Source: Eledone cirrhosa (lineage: Eukaryota). From it: a stretch of DNA of 64,000 nt. The stretch spans positions 11,966,001 to 12,030,000 of the forward strand of contig OZ024755.1 in NCBI GenBank assembly GCA_964016885.1. The letters run 5' to 3'. The notes under the pieces are model-generated. The model was not told where the DNA came from. It did not search any database and was given only the letters and a program-made list of their open reading frames with translations. The position numbers and the translations under genes were made by a program. Shown one piece after another: positions 1 to 12,848 of the stretch; the stretch's first letter is position 1, and every line of letters starts with the position of its first letter.

Positions 1-3000
1 ACCACAGCCACCACTATTACAACAGTCACCACTACCACCACAGTCACCACTATTACAACACCCACCACTACCACCACAGTCACCACTATTACAACACCCA
101 CCACTACCACCACAGTCACCACTATTACAACACCCACCACTACCACCACAGTCACCACTACCACCACAGTCACCACTATTACAACAGTCACCACTACCAC
201 CACAGTCACCACTATTACAACACCCACCACTACCACCACAGTCACCACTACCACCACAGTCACCACTATTACAACAGCCACCACTACCACCACAGTCACC
301 ACTATTACAACACCCACCACTACCACCACAGCCACCACTATTACAACACCCACCACTACCACCACAGTCACCACTATTACAACACCCACCACTACCACCA
401 CAGTCACCACTATTACAACACCCACCACTACCACCACAGTCACCACTATTACAACAGCCACCACCACCACCACAGTCACCACTATTACAACACCCACCAC
501 TACCACCACAGCCACCACTATTACAACAGTCACCACTACCACCACAGTCACCACTATTACAACACCCACCACTACCACCACAGTCACCACTATTACAACA
601 GTCACCACTACCACCACAGTCACCACTATTACAACAGTCACCACTACCACCACAGTCACCACTATTACAACACCCACCACTACCACCACAGTCACCACTA
701 CTACAACACCCACCACTACCACCACAGTCACCACTATTACAACACCCACCACTACCACCACAGTCACCACTATTACAACACCCACCACTACCACCACAGT
801 CACCACTATTACAACACCCACCACTACCACCACAGTCACCACTACTACAACACCCACCACTACCACCACAGTCACCACTACCACCACAGTCACCACTACT
901 ACAACAGTCACCACTATTACAACACCCACCACTACCACCACAGTCACCACTATTACAACACCCACCACTACCACCACAGTCACCACTATTAAAACAGCCA
1001 CCACTACCACCACAGTCACCACTATTACAACAGTCACCACTACCACCACAGTCACCACTATTACAACACCCACCACTACCACCACAGTCACCACTATTAC
1101 AACACCCACCACTACCACCACAGTCACCACTATTACAACACCCACCACTACCACCACAGTCACCACTATTACAACACCCACCACTACCACCACAGTCACC
1201 ACTATTAAAACAGCCACCACTACCACCACAGTCACCACTACTACAACACCCACCACTACCACCACAGTCACCACTATTACAACACCCACCACTACCACCA
1301 CAGTCACCACTATTACAACACCCACCACTACCACCACAGTCACCACTATTACAACACCCACCACTACCACCACAGTCACCACTATTACAACACCCACCAC
1401 TACCACCACAGTCACCACTATTACAACACCCACCACTACCACCACAGTCACCACTATTAAAACACCCACCACTACCACCACAGTCACCACTATTACAACA
1501 CCCACCACCACCACCACAGTCACCACTATTACAACAGTCACCACTACCACCACAGTCACCACTACTACAACAGTCACCACTACCACCACAGTCACCACTA
1601 TTACAACAGTCACCACTACCACCACAGTCACCACTATTACAACAGTCACCACTACCACCACAGTCACCACTACCACCACAGTCACCACTACCACCACAGT
1701 CACCACTATTACAACAGTCACCACTACCACCACAGTCACCACTATTACAACAGTCACCACTACCACCACAGTCACCACTATTACAACACCCACCACTACC
1801 ACCACAGTCACCACTATTACAACACCCACCACTACCACCACAGTCACCACTATTACAACACCCACCACTACCACCACAGTCACCACTATTACAACACCCA
1901 CCACTACCACCACAGTCACCACTATTACAACAGTCACCACTACCACCACAGTCACCACTATTACAACACCCACCACTACCACCACAGTCACCACTATTAC
2001 AACACCCACCACTACCACCACAGTCACCACTATTACAACACCCACCACTACCACCACAGTCACCACTATTACAACAGTCACCACTACCACCACAGTCACC
2101 ACTATTACAACACCCACCACTACTACAACAGTCACCACTATTACAACACCCACCACTACCACCACAGTCACCACTACCACCACAGCCACCACTACCACCA
2201 CAGTCACCACTACCACCACAGTCACCACTACCACCACAGTCACCACTATTACAACACCCACCACTACCACCACAGTCACCACTATTACAACAGTCACCAC
2301 TACCACCACAGTCACCACTATTACAACACCCACCACTACTACAACAGTCACCACTATTACAACACCCACCACTACCACCACAGTCACCACTACCACCACA
2401 GCCACCACTACCACCACAGTCACCACTACCACCACAGTCACCACTACCACCACAGTCACCACTATTAAAACAGCCACCACTACCACCACAGTCACCACTA
2501 TTACAACAGCCACCACTACCACCACAGTCACCACTATTACAACACCCAACACTACCACCACAGTCACCACTATTACAACACCCACCACTACCACCACAGT
2601 CACCACTATTACAACACCCACCACTACCACCACAGTCACCACTATTACAACACCCACCACTACCACCACAGTCACCACTATTACAACACCCACCACTACC
2701 ACCACAGTCACCACTATTACAACACCCACCACTACCACCACAGTCACCACTATTACAACACCCAACACTACCACCACAGTCACCACTATTACAACACCCA
2801 CCACTACCACCACAGTCACCACTATTACAACACCCACCACTACCACCACAGTCACCACTATTACAACAGCCACCACTACCACCACAGTCACCACTATTAC
2901 AACACCCAACACTACCACCACAGTCACCACTATTACAACACCCACCACTACCACCACAGTCACCACTATTACAACACCCAACACTACCACCACAGTCACC

Positions 3001-6000
3001 ACTATTACAACACCCACCACTACCACCACAGTCACCACTATTACAACACCCACCACCACCACCACAGTCACCACTATTACAACAGTCACCACTACCACCA
3101 CAGTCACCACTATTACAACACCCACCACTACCACCACAGTCACCACTATTACAACACCCACCACTACCACCACAGTCACCACTATTACAACACCCACCAC
3201 TACCACCACAGTCACCACTATTAAAACAGCCACCACTACCACCACAGTCACCACTATTACAACACCCACCACTACCACCACAGTCACCACTACTACAACA
3301 GTCACCACTACCACCACAGTCACCACTATTACAACACCCACCACTACCACCACAGTCACCACTATTACAACACCCACCACTACCACCACAGTCACCACTA
3401 TTACAACACCCACCACTACCACCACAGTCACCACTATTACAACAGTCACCACTACCACCACAGTCACCACTATTACAACACCCACCACTACCACCACAGT
3501 CACCACTATTACAACACCCACCACTACCACCACAGTCACCACTATTACAACAGTCACCACTACCACCACAGTCACCACTATTAAAACAGCCACCACTACC
3601 ACCACAGTCACCACTATTACAACACCCACCACTACCACCACAGTCACCACTATTACAACAGTCACCACTACCACCACAGTCACCACTATTACAACACCCA
3701 CCACTACCACCACAGTCACCACTATTACAACACCCACCACCACCACCACAGTCACCACTATTACAACAGTCACCACTACCACCACAGTCACCACTATTAC
3801 AACAGTCACCACTACCACCACAGTCACCACTACTACAACACCCACCACTACCACCACAGTCACCACTATTACAACACCCACCACTACCACCACAGTCACC
3901 ACTACTACAACACCCACCACTACCACCACAGTCACCACTATTACAACACCCACCACTACCACCACAGTCACCACTATTACAACAGTCACCACTACCACCA
4001 CAGTCACCACTATTACAACACCCACCACTACCACCACAGTCACCACTATTACAACACCCACCACTACCACCACAGTCACCACTATTACAACACCCACCAC
4101 TACCACCACAGTCACCACTACTACAACACCCACCACTACCACCACAGTCACCACTATTACAACACCCACCACTACCACCACAGTCACCACTACCACCACA
4201 GCCACCACTACCACCACAGTCACCACTACCACCACAGTCACCACTACCACCACAGTCACCACTACTACAACACCCACCACTACCACCACAGTCACCACTA
4301 TTACAACACCCACCACTACCACCACAGTCACCACTACTACAACACCCACCACTACCACCACAGTCACCACTATTACAACACCCACCACTACCACCACAGT
4401 CACCACTACTACAACACCCACCACTACCACCACAGTCACCACTATTACAACACCCACCACTACCACCACAGTCACCACTACCACCACAGCCACCACTACC
4501 ACCACAGTCACCACTACCACCACAGTCACCACTACCACCACAGTCACCACTACTACAACACCCACCACTACCACCACAGTCACCACTATTACAACACCCA
4601 CCACTACCACCACAGTCACCACTACTACAACACCCACCACTACCACCACAGTCACCACTATTACAACACCCACCACTACCACCACAGTCACCACTACCAC
4701 CACAGCCACCACTACCACCACAGTCACCACTACCACCACAGTCACCACTACCACCACAGTCACCACTATTACAACACCCACCACTACCACCACAGTCACC
4801 ACTATTACAACACCCACCACTACCACCACAGTCACCACTATTACAACACCCACCACTACCACCACAGTCACCACTATTACAACAGCCACCACTACCACCA
4901 CAGTCACCACTATTATTACAACACCCACCACTACCACCACAGTCACCACTACTACAACACCCACCACTACCACCACAGTCACCACTACCACAACACCCAC
5001 CACTACCACCACAGTCACCACTATTACAACACCCACCACTACCACCACAGTCACCACTATTACAACAGTCACCACTACCACCACAGTCACCACTACCACC
5101 ACAGTCACCACTATTACAACACCCACCACCACCACCACAGTCACCACTATTACAACAGTCACCACTACCACCACAGTCACCACTATTACCACAGTCACCA
5201 CTACCACCACAGTCACCACTACTACAACAGTCACCACTACCACCACAGTCACCACTACCACAACACCCACCACTACCACCACAGTCACCACTATTACAAC
5301 AGTCACCACTACCACCACAGTCACCACTATTACAACAGCCACCACTACCACCACAGTCACCACTACTACAACAGTCACCACTACCACCACAGTCACCACT
5401 ACCACAACACCCACCACTACCACCACAGTCACCACTATTACAACAGTCACCACTACCACCACAGTCACCACTATTACAACACCCACCACTACCACCACAG
5501 TCACCACTATTACAACAGCCACCACTACCACCACAGTCACCACTATTACAACACCCACCACCACCACCACAGTCACCACTATTACAACACCCACCACCAC
5601 CACCACAGTCACCACTATTACAACAGCCACCACTACCACCACAGTCACCACTATTACAACACCCACCACTACCACCACAGTCACCACTACTACAACACCC
5701 ACCACTACCACCACAGTCACCACTATTACAACAGTCACCACTACCACCACAGTCACCACTATTACAACAGTCACCACTACCACCACAGTCACCACTACTA
5801 CAACACCCACCACTACCACCACAGTCACCACTATTACAACAGCCACCACTACCACCACAGTCACCACTATTACAACACCCACCACTACCACCACAGTCAC
5901 CACTATTACAACACCCACCACTACCACCACAGTCACCACTACTACAACACCCACCACTACCACCACAGTCACCACTATTACAACACCCACCACTACCACC

Positions 6001-9000
6001 ACAGTCACCACTACTACAACAGTCACCACTACCACCACAGTCACCACTATTACAACAGTCACCACTACCACCACAGTCACCACTATTACAACACCCACCA
6101 CTACCACCACAGTCACCACTACTACAACAGCCACCACTACCACCACAGTCACCACTATTACAACACCCACCACTACTACAACAGTCACCACTATTACAAC
6201 ACCCACCACTACCACCACAGTCACCACTATTACAACACCCACCACTACTACAACAGTCACCACTATTACAACACCCACCACTACCACCACAGTCACCACT
6301 ACCACCACAGTCACCACTACTACAACAGTCACCACTATTACAACACCCACCACTACCACCACAGTCACCACTATTACAACACCCACCACTACTACAACAG
6401 TCACCACTATTACAACACCCACCACTACCACCACAGTCACCACTACCACCACAGTCACCACTACTACAACAGTCACCACTATTACAACACCCACCACTAC
6501 CACCACAGTCACCACTATTACAACACCCACCACCACCACCACAGTCACCACTATTACAACACCCACCACCACCACCACAGTCACCACTATTACAACAGTC
6601 ACCACTACCACCACAGTCACCACTATTACAACACCCACCACTACCACCACAGTCACCACTATTACAACACCCACCACTACCACCACAGTCACCACTATTA
6701 CAACACCCACCACCACCACCACAGTCACCACTATTACAACACCCACCACCACCACCACAGTCACCACTATTACAACAGTCACCACTACCACCACAGTCAC
6801 CACTATTACAACACCCACCACTACCACCACAGTCACCACTACTACAACAGCCACCACTACCACCACAGTCACCACTACCACCACAGTCACCACTATTACA
6901 ACACCCACCACTACCACCACAGTCACCACTACTACAACACCCACCACTACCACCACAGTCACCACTACCACCACAGTCACCACTACTACAACAGTCACCA
7001 CTACTACAACACCCACCACTACCACCACAGTCACCGCTATTACAACACCCACCACCACCACCACAGTCACCACTATTACAACACCCACCACTACCACCAC
7101 AGTCACCACTATTACAACACCCACCACTACCACCACAGTCACCACTACTACAACACCCACCACTACCACCACAGTCACCACTATTACAACAGCCACCACT
7201 ACTACAACAGTCACCACTATTACAACACCCACCACTACCACCACAGTCACCACTACTACAACACCCACCACTACCACCACAGTCACCACTATTACAACAC
7301 CCACCACTACTACAACAGTCACCACTATTACAACACCCACCACTACCACCACAGTCACCACTACCACCACAGTCACCACTACTACAACAGTCACCACTAT
7401 TACAACACCCACCACTACCACCACAGTCACCACTATTACAACACCCACCACCACCACCACAGTCACCACTATTACAACAGTCACCACTACCACCACAGTC
7501 ACCACTATTACAACACCCACCACTACCACCACAGTCACCACTACTACAACAGCCACCACTACCACCACAGTCACCACTATTACAACACCCACCACTACCA
7601 CCACAGTCACCACTACTACAACACCCACCACTACCACCACAGTCACCACTACCACCACAGTCACCACTATTACAACACCCACCACTACCACCACAGTCAC
7701 CACTATTACAACAGTCACCACTACCACCACAGTCACCACTACTACAACACCCACCACTACCACCACAGTCACCACTACCACAACACCCACCACTACCACC
7801 ACAGTCACCACTATTACAACACCCACCACTACCACCACAGTCACCACTATTACAACACCCACCACTACCACCACAGTCACCACTATTACAACACCCACCA
7901 CTACCACCACAGTCACCACTATTACAACAGTCACCACTACCACCACAGTCACCACTACTACAACACCCACCACTACCACCACAGTCACCACTACCACAAC
8001 ACCCACCACTACCACCACAGTCACCACTATTACAACACCCACCACTACCACCACAGTCACCACAACACCCACCACCACCACCACAGTCACCACTATTACA
8101 ACAGTCACCACTACCACCACAGTCACCACTATTACAACACCCACCACTACCACCACAGTCACCACTATTACAACACCCACCACTACCACCACAGTCACCA
8201 CTATTACAACACCCACCACTACCACCACAGTCACCACTATTACAACACCCACCACTACCACCACAGTCACCACTATTACAACACCCACCACTACCACCAC
8301 AGTCACCACTATTACAACACCCACCACCACCACCACAGTCACCACTATTACAACACCCACCACCACCACCACAGTCACCACTATTACAACAGCCACCACT
8401 ACCACCACAGTCACCACTATTACAACACCCACCACTACCACCACAGTCACCACTACTACAACACCCACCACTACCACCACAGTCACCACTATTACAACAG
8501 TCACCACTACCACCACAGTCACCACTATTACAACAGTCACCACTACCACCACAGTCACCACTACTACAACACCCACCACTACCACCACAGTCACCACTAT
8601 TACAACAGCCACCACTACCACCACAGTCACCACTATTACAACACCCACCACTACCACCACAGTCACCACTACTACAACACCCACCACTACCACCACAGTC
8701 ACCACTATTACAACACCCACCACTACCACCACAGTCACCACTACTACAACAGTCACCACTACCACCACAGTCACCACTATTACAACAGTCACCATTACCA
8801 ACACAGTCACCACTATTACAACACCCACCACTACCACCACAGTCACCACTACTACAACAGCCACCACTACCACCACAGTCACCACTATTACAACACCCAC
8901 CACTACTACAACAGTCACCACTATTACAACACCCACCACTACCACCACAGTCACCACTACCACCACAGTCACCACTACTACAACAGTCACCACTACTACA

Positions 9001-11860
9001 ACACCCACCACTACCACCACAGTCACCGCTATTACAACACCCACCACTACCACCACAGTCACCACTATTACAACAGTCACCACTACCACCACAGTCACCA
9101 CTACTACAACACCCACCACTACCACCACAGTCACCACTATTACAACAGCCACCACTACCACCACAGTCACCACTATTACAACACCCACCACTACTACAAC
9201 AGTCACCACTATTACAACACCCACCACTACCACCACAGTCACCACTACTACAACACCCACCACTACCACCACAGTCACCACTATTACAACACCCACCACT
9301 ACTACAACAGTCACCACTATTACAACACCCACCACTACCACCACAGTCACCACTACCACCACAGTCACCACTACTACAACAGTCACCACTATTACAACAC
9401 CCACCACTACCACCACAGTCACCACTATTACAACAGTCACCACTACCACCACAGTCACCACTACTACAACACCCACCACTACCACCACAGTCACCACTAC
9501 TACAACACCCACCACTACCACCACAGTCACCACTATTACAACAGTCACCACTACCACCACAGTCACCACTATTACAACAGTCACCACTACCACCACAGTC
9601 ACCACTATTACAACACCCACCACTACCACCACAGTCACCACTATTACAACAGTCACCACTACCACCACAGTCACCACTATTACAACAGTCACCACTACCA
9701 CCACAGTCACCACTATTACAACACCCACCACTACCACCACAGTCACCACTACTACAACAGCCACCACTACCACCACAGTCACCACTATTACAACACCCAC
9801 CACTACCACCACAGTCACCACTACTACAACACCCACCACTACCACCACAGTCACCACTACCACCACAGTCACCACTACCACCACAGTCACCACTATTACA
9901 ACAGCCACCACTACCACCACAGTCACTACTATTACCACAGTCACCACTACCACCACAGTCACCACTATTACAACAGTCACCACTACCACCACAGTCACCA
10001 CTACTACAACAGTCACCACTACCACCACAGTCACCACTATTACCACAGTCACCACTACCACCACAGTCACCACTACTACAATACCCACCACTACCACCAC
10101 AGTCACCACTATTACAACACCCACCACTACCACCACAGTCACCACTACTACAACAGTCACCACTACCACCACAGTCACCACTATTACCACAGTCACCACT
10201 ACCACCACAGTCACCACTACTACAACACCCACCACTACCACCACAGTCACCACTATTACAACACCCACCACTACCACCACAGTCACCACTACTACAACAG
10301 TCACCACTACCACCACAGTCACCACTATTACCACAGTCACCACTACCACCACAGTCACCACTACTACAACAGCCACCACTACCACCACAGTCACCACTAT
10401 TACAACACCCACCACTACCACCACAGTCACCACTACTACAACAGTCACCACTACCACCACAGTCACCACTATTACCACAGTCACCACTACCACCACAGTC
10501 ACCACTACTACAACACCCACCACTACCACCACAGTCACCACTATTACAACACCCACCACTACCACCACAGTCACCACTACTACAACAGTCACCACTACCA
10601 CCACAGTCACCACTATTACCACAGTCACCACTACCACCACAGTCACCACTACTACAACACCCACCACTACCACCACAGTCACCACTATTACAACACCCAC
10701 CACTACCACCACAGTCACCACTACTACAACAGTCACCACTACCACCACAGTCACCACTATTACCACAGTCACCACTACCACCACAGTCACCACTACTACA
10801 ACACCCACCACTACCACCACAGTCACCACTATTACAACACCCACCACTACCACCACAGTCACCACTACTACAACAGTCACCACTACCACCACAGTCACCA
10901 CTATTACCACAGTCACCACTACCACCACAGTCACCACTACTACAACACCCACCACTACCACCACAGTCACCACTATTACAACACCCACCACTACCACCAC
11001 AGTCACCACTACTACAACAGTCACCACTACCACCACAGTCACCACTATTACCACAGTCACCACTACCACCACAGTCACCACTACTACAACACCCACCACT
11101 ACCACCACAGTCACCACTATTACAACACCCACCACTACCACCACAGTCACCACTACTACAACAGTCACCACTACCACCACAGTCACCACTATTACCACAG
11201 TCACCACTACCACCACAGTCACCACTACTACAACACCCACCACTACCACCACAGTCACCACTATTACAACACCCACCACTACCACCACAGTCACCACTAC
11301 TACAACAGTCACCACTACCACCACAGTCACCACAGTCACCACTACCACCACAGTCACCACTACTACAACACCCACCACTACCACCACAGTCACCACTACT
11401 ACAACACCCACCACTACCACCACAGTCACCACTATTACCACAGTCACCACTACCACCACAGTCACCACTATTACCACAGTCACCACTACCACCACAGTCA
11501 CCACTACTACAACACCCACCACTACCACCACAGTCACCACTATTACAACACCCACCACTACCACCACAGTCACCACTATTACAACACCCACCACTACCAC
11601 CACAGTCACCACTACTACAACACCCACCACTACCACCACAGTCACCACTATTACCACAGTCACCACTACCACCACAGTCACCACTATTACCACAGTCACC
11701 ACTACCACCACTACCACCACTACCAGAACAGCCACCACTACCACCACTACCAGAACAGCCACCACTACCACCACTACCAGAACAGCCACCACTACCACCA
11801 CTACCACCACTACCACCACTACCACCACTACCACCACTACCAGAACAGCCACCACTTTTA
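1..11860. repeat. Giant tandem array of 18-bp units (36-bp dimer gtcaccactattacaaca-cccaccactaccaccaca), continuing off the left edge
   Basis: Directly visible. Unit variants are gtc/ccc/gcc, att/act/acc and aca/aaa. It grades into (acc/act)n with accagaacagcc units at 11700-11860. Confidence 0.98.
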
Positions 11861-11961
11861 CAACTAAATTCGATAGTTATCTCCACCCATACTACCCACT
11901 CTACAATACCACCCCTCCCACCATAATATACTACCAACAACATCATCATCATCAGCAGTAA
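1..11961 (+). CDS. Possible mucin-like Thr-rich repeat reading frame (VTTITTPTTTTT)n, 5'-incomplete
   Basis: Frame +1 is stop-free from base 1 to TAA at 11959-11961, ending ...TTFTTKFDSYLHPYYPLYNTTPPTIIYYQQHHHHQQ*. Observed indels (+3 near 4912, -6 near 8062, -9 near 11330) keep frame. Openness is largely compositional because several frames are open. Confidence 0.3.
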   Translation, partial: TTATTITTVTTTTTVTTITTPTTTTTVTTITTPTTTTTVTTITTPTTTTTVTTTTTVTTITTVTTTTTVTTITTPTTTTTVTTTTTVTTITTATTTTTVTTITTPTTTTTATTITTPTTTTTVTTITTPTTTTTVTTITTPTTTTTVTTITTATTTTTVTTITTPTTTTTATTITTVTTTTTVTTITTPTTTTTVTTITTVTTTTTVTTITTVTTTTTVTTITTPTTTTTVTTTTTPTTTTTVTTITTPTTTTTVTTITTPTTTTTVTTITTPTTTTTVTTTTTPTTTTTVTTTTTVTTTTTVTTITTPTTTTTVTTITTPTTTTTVTTIKTATTTTTVTTITTVTTTTTVTTITTPTTTTTVTTITTPTTTTTVTTITTPTTTTTVTTITTPTTTTTVTTIKTATTTTTVTTTTTPTTTTTVTTITTPTTTTTVTTITTPTTTTTVTTITTPTTTTTVTTITTPTTTTTVTTITTPTTTTTVTTIKTPTTTTTVTTITTPTTTTTVTTITTVTTTTTVTTTTTVTTTTTVTTITTVTTTTTVTTITTVTTTTTVTTTTTVTTTTTVTTITTVTTTTTVTTITTVTTTTTVTTITTPTTTTTVTTITTPTTTTTVTTITTPTTTTTVTTITTPTTTTTVTTITTVTTTTTVTTITTPTTTTTVTTITTPTTTTTVTTITTPTTTTTVTTITTVTTTTTVTTITTPTTTTTVTTITTPTTTTTVTTTTTATTTTTVTTTTTVTTTTTVTTITTPTTTTTVTTITTVTTTTTVTTITTPTTTTTVTTITTPTTTTTVTTTTTATTTTTVTTTTTVTTTTTVTTIKTATTTTTVTTITTATTTTTVTTITTPNTTTTVTTITTPTTTTTVTTITTPTTTTTVTTITTPTTTTTVTTITTPTTTTTVTTITTPTTTTTVTTITTPNTTTTVTTITTPTTTTTVTTITTPTTTTTVTTITTATTTTTVTTITTPNTTTTVTTITTPTTTTTVTTITTPNTTTTVTTITTPTTTTTVTTITTPTTTTTVTTITTVTTTTTVTTITTPTTTTTVTTITTPTTTTTVTTITTPTTTTTVTTIKTATTTTTVTTITTPTTTTTVTTTTTVTTTTTVTTITTPTTTTTVTTITTPTTTTTVTTITTPTTTTTVTTITTVTTTTTVTTITTPTTTTTVTTITTPTTTTTVTTITTVTTTTTVTTIKTATTTTTVTTITTPTTTTTVTTITTVTTTTTVTTITTPTTTTTVTTITTPTTTTTVTTITTVTTTTTVTTITTVTTTTTVTTTTTPTTTTTVTTITTPTTTTTVTTTTTPTTTTTVTTITTPTTTTTVTTITTVTTTTTVTTITTPTTTTTVTTITTPTTTTTVTTITTPTTTTTVTTTTTPTTTTTVTTITTPTTTTTVTTTTTATTTTTVTTTTTVTTTTTVTTTTTPTTTTTVTTITTPTTTTTVTTTTTPTTTTTVTTITTPTTTTTVTTTTTPTTTTTVTTITTPTTTTTVTTTTTATTTTTVTTTTTVTTTTTVTTTTTPTTTTTVTTITTPTTTTTVTTTTTPTTTTTVTTITTPTTTTTVTTTTTATTTTTVTTTTTVTTTTTVTTITTPTTTTTVTTITTPTTTTTVTTITTPTTTTTVTTITTATTTTTVTTIITTPTTTTTVTTTTTPTTTTTVTTTTTPTTTTTVTTITTPTTTTTVTTITTVTTTTTVTTTTTVTTITTPTTTTTVTTITTVTTTTTVTTITTVTTTTTVTTTTTVTTTTTVTTTTTPTTTTTVTTITTVTTTTTVTTITTATTTTTVTTTTTVTTTTTVTTTTTPTTTTTVTTITTVTTTTTVTTITTPTTTTTVTTITTATTTTTVTTITTPTTTTTVTTITTPTTTTTVTTITTATTTTTVTTITTPTTTTTVTTTTTPTTTTTVTTITTVTTTTTVTTITTVTTTTTVTTTTTPTTTTTVTTITTATTTTTVTTITTPTTTTTVTTITTPTTTTTVTTTTTPTTTTTVTTITTPTTTTTVTTTTTVTTTTTVTTITTVTTTTTVTTITTPTTTTTVTTTTTATTTTTVTTITTPTTTTTVTTITTPTTTTTVTTITTPTTTTTVTTITTPTTTTTVTTTTTVTTTTTVTTITTPTTTTTVTTITTPTTTTTVTTITTPTTTTTVTTTTTVTTTTTVTTITTPTTTTTVTTITTPTTTTTVTTITTPTTTTTVTTITTVTTTTTVTTITTPTTTTTVTTITTPTTTTTVTTITTPTTTTTVTTITTPTTTTTVTTITTVTTTTTVTTITTPTTTTTVTTTTTATTTTTVTTTTTVTTITTPTTTTTVTTTTTPTTTTTVTTTTTVTTTTTVTTTTTPTTTTTVTAITTPTTTTTVTTITTPTTTTTVTTITTPTTTTTVTTTTTPTTTTTVTTITTATTTTTVTTITTPTTTTTVTTTTTPTTTTTVTTITTPTTTTTVTTITTPTTTTTVTTTTTVTTTTTVTTITTPTTTTTVTTITTPTTTTTVTTITTVTTTTTVTTITTPTTTTTVTTTTTATTTTTVTTITTPTTTTTVTTTTTPTTTTTVTTTTTVTTITTPTTTTTVTTITTVTTTTTVTTTTTPTTTTTVTTTTTPTTTTTVTTITTPTTTTTVTTITTPTTTTTVTTITTPTTTTTVTTITTVTTTTTVTTTTTPTTTTTVTTTTTPTTTTTVTTITTPTTTTTVTTTPTTTTTVTTITTVTTTTTVTTITTPTTTTTVTTITTPTTTTTVTTITTPTTTTTVTTITTPTTTTTVTTITTPTTTTTVTTITTPTTTTTVTTITTPTTTTTVTTITTATTTTTVTTITTPTTTTTVTTTTTPTTTTTVTTITTVTTTTTVTTITTVTTTTTVTTTTTPTTTTTVTTITTATTTTTVTTITTPTTTTTVTTTTTPTTTTTVTTITTPTTTTTVTTTTTVTTTTTVTTITTVTITNTVTTITTPTTTTTVTTTTTATTTTTVTTITTPTTTTTVTTITTPTTTTTVTTTTTVTTTTTVTTTTTPTTTTTVTAITTPTTTTTVTTITTVTTTTTVTTTTTPTTTTTVTTITTATTTTTVTTITTPTTTTTVTTITTPTTTTTVTTTTTPTTTTTVTTITTPTTTTTVTTITTPTTTTTVTTTTTVTTTTTVTTITTPTTTTTVTTITTVTTTTTVTTTTTPTTTTTVTTTTTPTTTTTVTTITTVTTTTTVTTITTVTTTTTVTTITTPTTTTTVTTITTVTTTTTVTTITTVTTTTTVTTITTPTTTTTVTTTTTATTTTTVTTITTPTTTTTVTTTTTPTTTTTVTTTTTVTTTTTVTTITTATTTTTVTTITTVTTTTTVTTITTVTTTTTVTTTTTVTTTTTVTTITTVTTTTTVTTTTIPTTTTTVTTITTPTTTTTVTTTTTVTTTTTVTTITTVTTTTTVTTTTTPTTTTTVTTITTPTTTTTVTTTTTVTTTTTVTTITTVTTTTTVTTTTTATTTTTVTTITTPTTTTTVTTTTTVTTTTTVTTITTVTTTTTVTTTTTPTTTTTVTTITTPTTTTTVTTTTTVTTTTTVTTITTVTTTTTVTTTTTPTTTTTVTTITTPTTTTTVTTTTTVTTTTTVTTITTVTTTTTVTTTTTPTTTTTVTTITTPTTTTTVTTTTTVTTTTTVTTITTVTTTTTVTTTTTPTTTTTVTTITTPTTTTTVTTTTTVTTTTTVTTITTVTTTTTVTTTTTPTTTTTVTTITTPTTTTTVTTTTTVTTTTTVTTITTVTTTTTVTTTTTPTTTTTVTTITTPTTTTTVTTTTTVTTTTTVTTVTTTTTVTTTTTPTTTTTVTTTTTPTTTTTVTTITTVTTTTTVTTITTVTTTTTVTTTTTPTTTTTVTTITTPTTTTTVTTITTPTTTTTVTTTTTPTTTTTVTTITTVTTTTTVTTITTVTTTTTTTTTRTATTTTTTRTATTTTTTRTATTTTTTTTTTTTTTTTTTRTATTFTTKFDSYLHPYYPLYNTTPPTIIYYQQHHHHQQ

Positions 11962-12009
11962 GAACATCACAACCTTAACACCAGCATAGTCATCAATATT
12001 TCTTTACTA

Positions 12010-12530
12010 CTATCACCACTGACACCCCCAACATCAGCACCGACACCAACAGCAGCATCACCAACATCTCTGCCACCAACACCAACAGCAGCATCACCTA
12101 CATCTCTGCCACCGACACCACCAACACCAACACTCCCACCACCAGCATCACCTACATCTCTGCCACCGACACCAACAAAACCAACACTCCCACCAGCAGC
12201 ATCACCTACACTCTGCCACCGACACCACCAACACCAACACTCCCACCACCAGCATCACCTACATCTCTGCCACCGACACCACCAACACCAACACTCCCAC
12301 CACCAGCATCACCTACACTCTGCCACCGACACCACCAACACCAACACTCCCACCAGCAGCATCACCAACATCTCTGCCACCGACACCACCAACACCAACA
12401 CTCCCACCAGCAGCATCACCAACATCTCTGCCACCGACACCACCAACACCAACACTCCCACCAGCAGCATCACCAACATCTCTGCCACCGACACCACCAA
12501 CACCAACACTCCCACCAGCATCATCACAAA
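12010..12530. repeat. 54-bp minisatellite (atcaccaacatctctgccaccgacaccaccaacaccaacactcccaccagcagc)
   Basis: About 8-9 copies, some with a 1-bp deletion (tacactctgcc vs tacatctctgcc), so the frame is not conserved. Confidence 0.9.
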
Positions 12531-12781
12531 CCCACTAATATCACTACTATCAGAACATACCGACACCACAGTCTCCACCAAGATCACCAACACCATCTCC
12601 AACTCCACCAAAATCACCAACACTACAATGGGCTTCATTCCCACCATCTCCACCAACTTCTTAACCGAAACCGACAGCACCGCCACCTGCACATTAAATC
12701 CTTCTCCACTATCCTCACTCTATCACCATATCACACCAATCCAATAGGGCTAGCAACTGTACTAACACTACCAGCAGCCAC

Positions 12782-12810
12782 AGTAGTAGTAGAAGTAGTA
12801 GTAGTGGTAA

Positions 12811-12848
<38 letters not shown>
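12782..12848. repeat. (AGT)n microsatellite
   Basis: Directly visible. Confidence 0.95.

Noticed and set aside
12309-12692. Hydrophobic repeat ORF, or a second mucin exon on the opposite strand
   Set aside because: It is a 54-bp minisatellite whose units carry 1-bp frameshifts.
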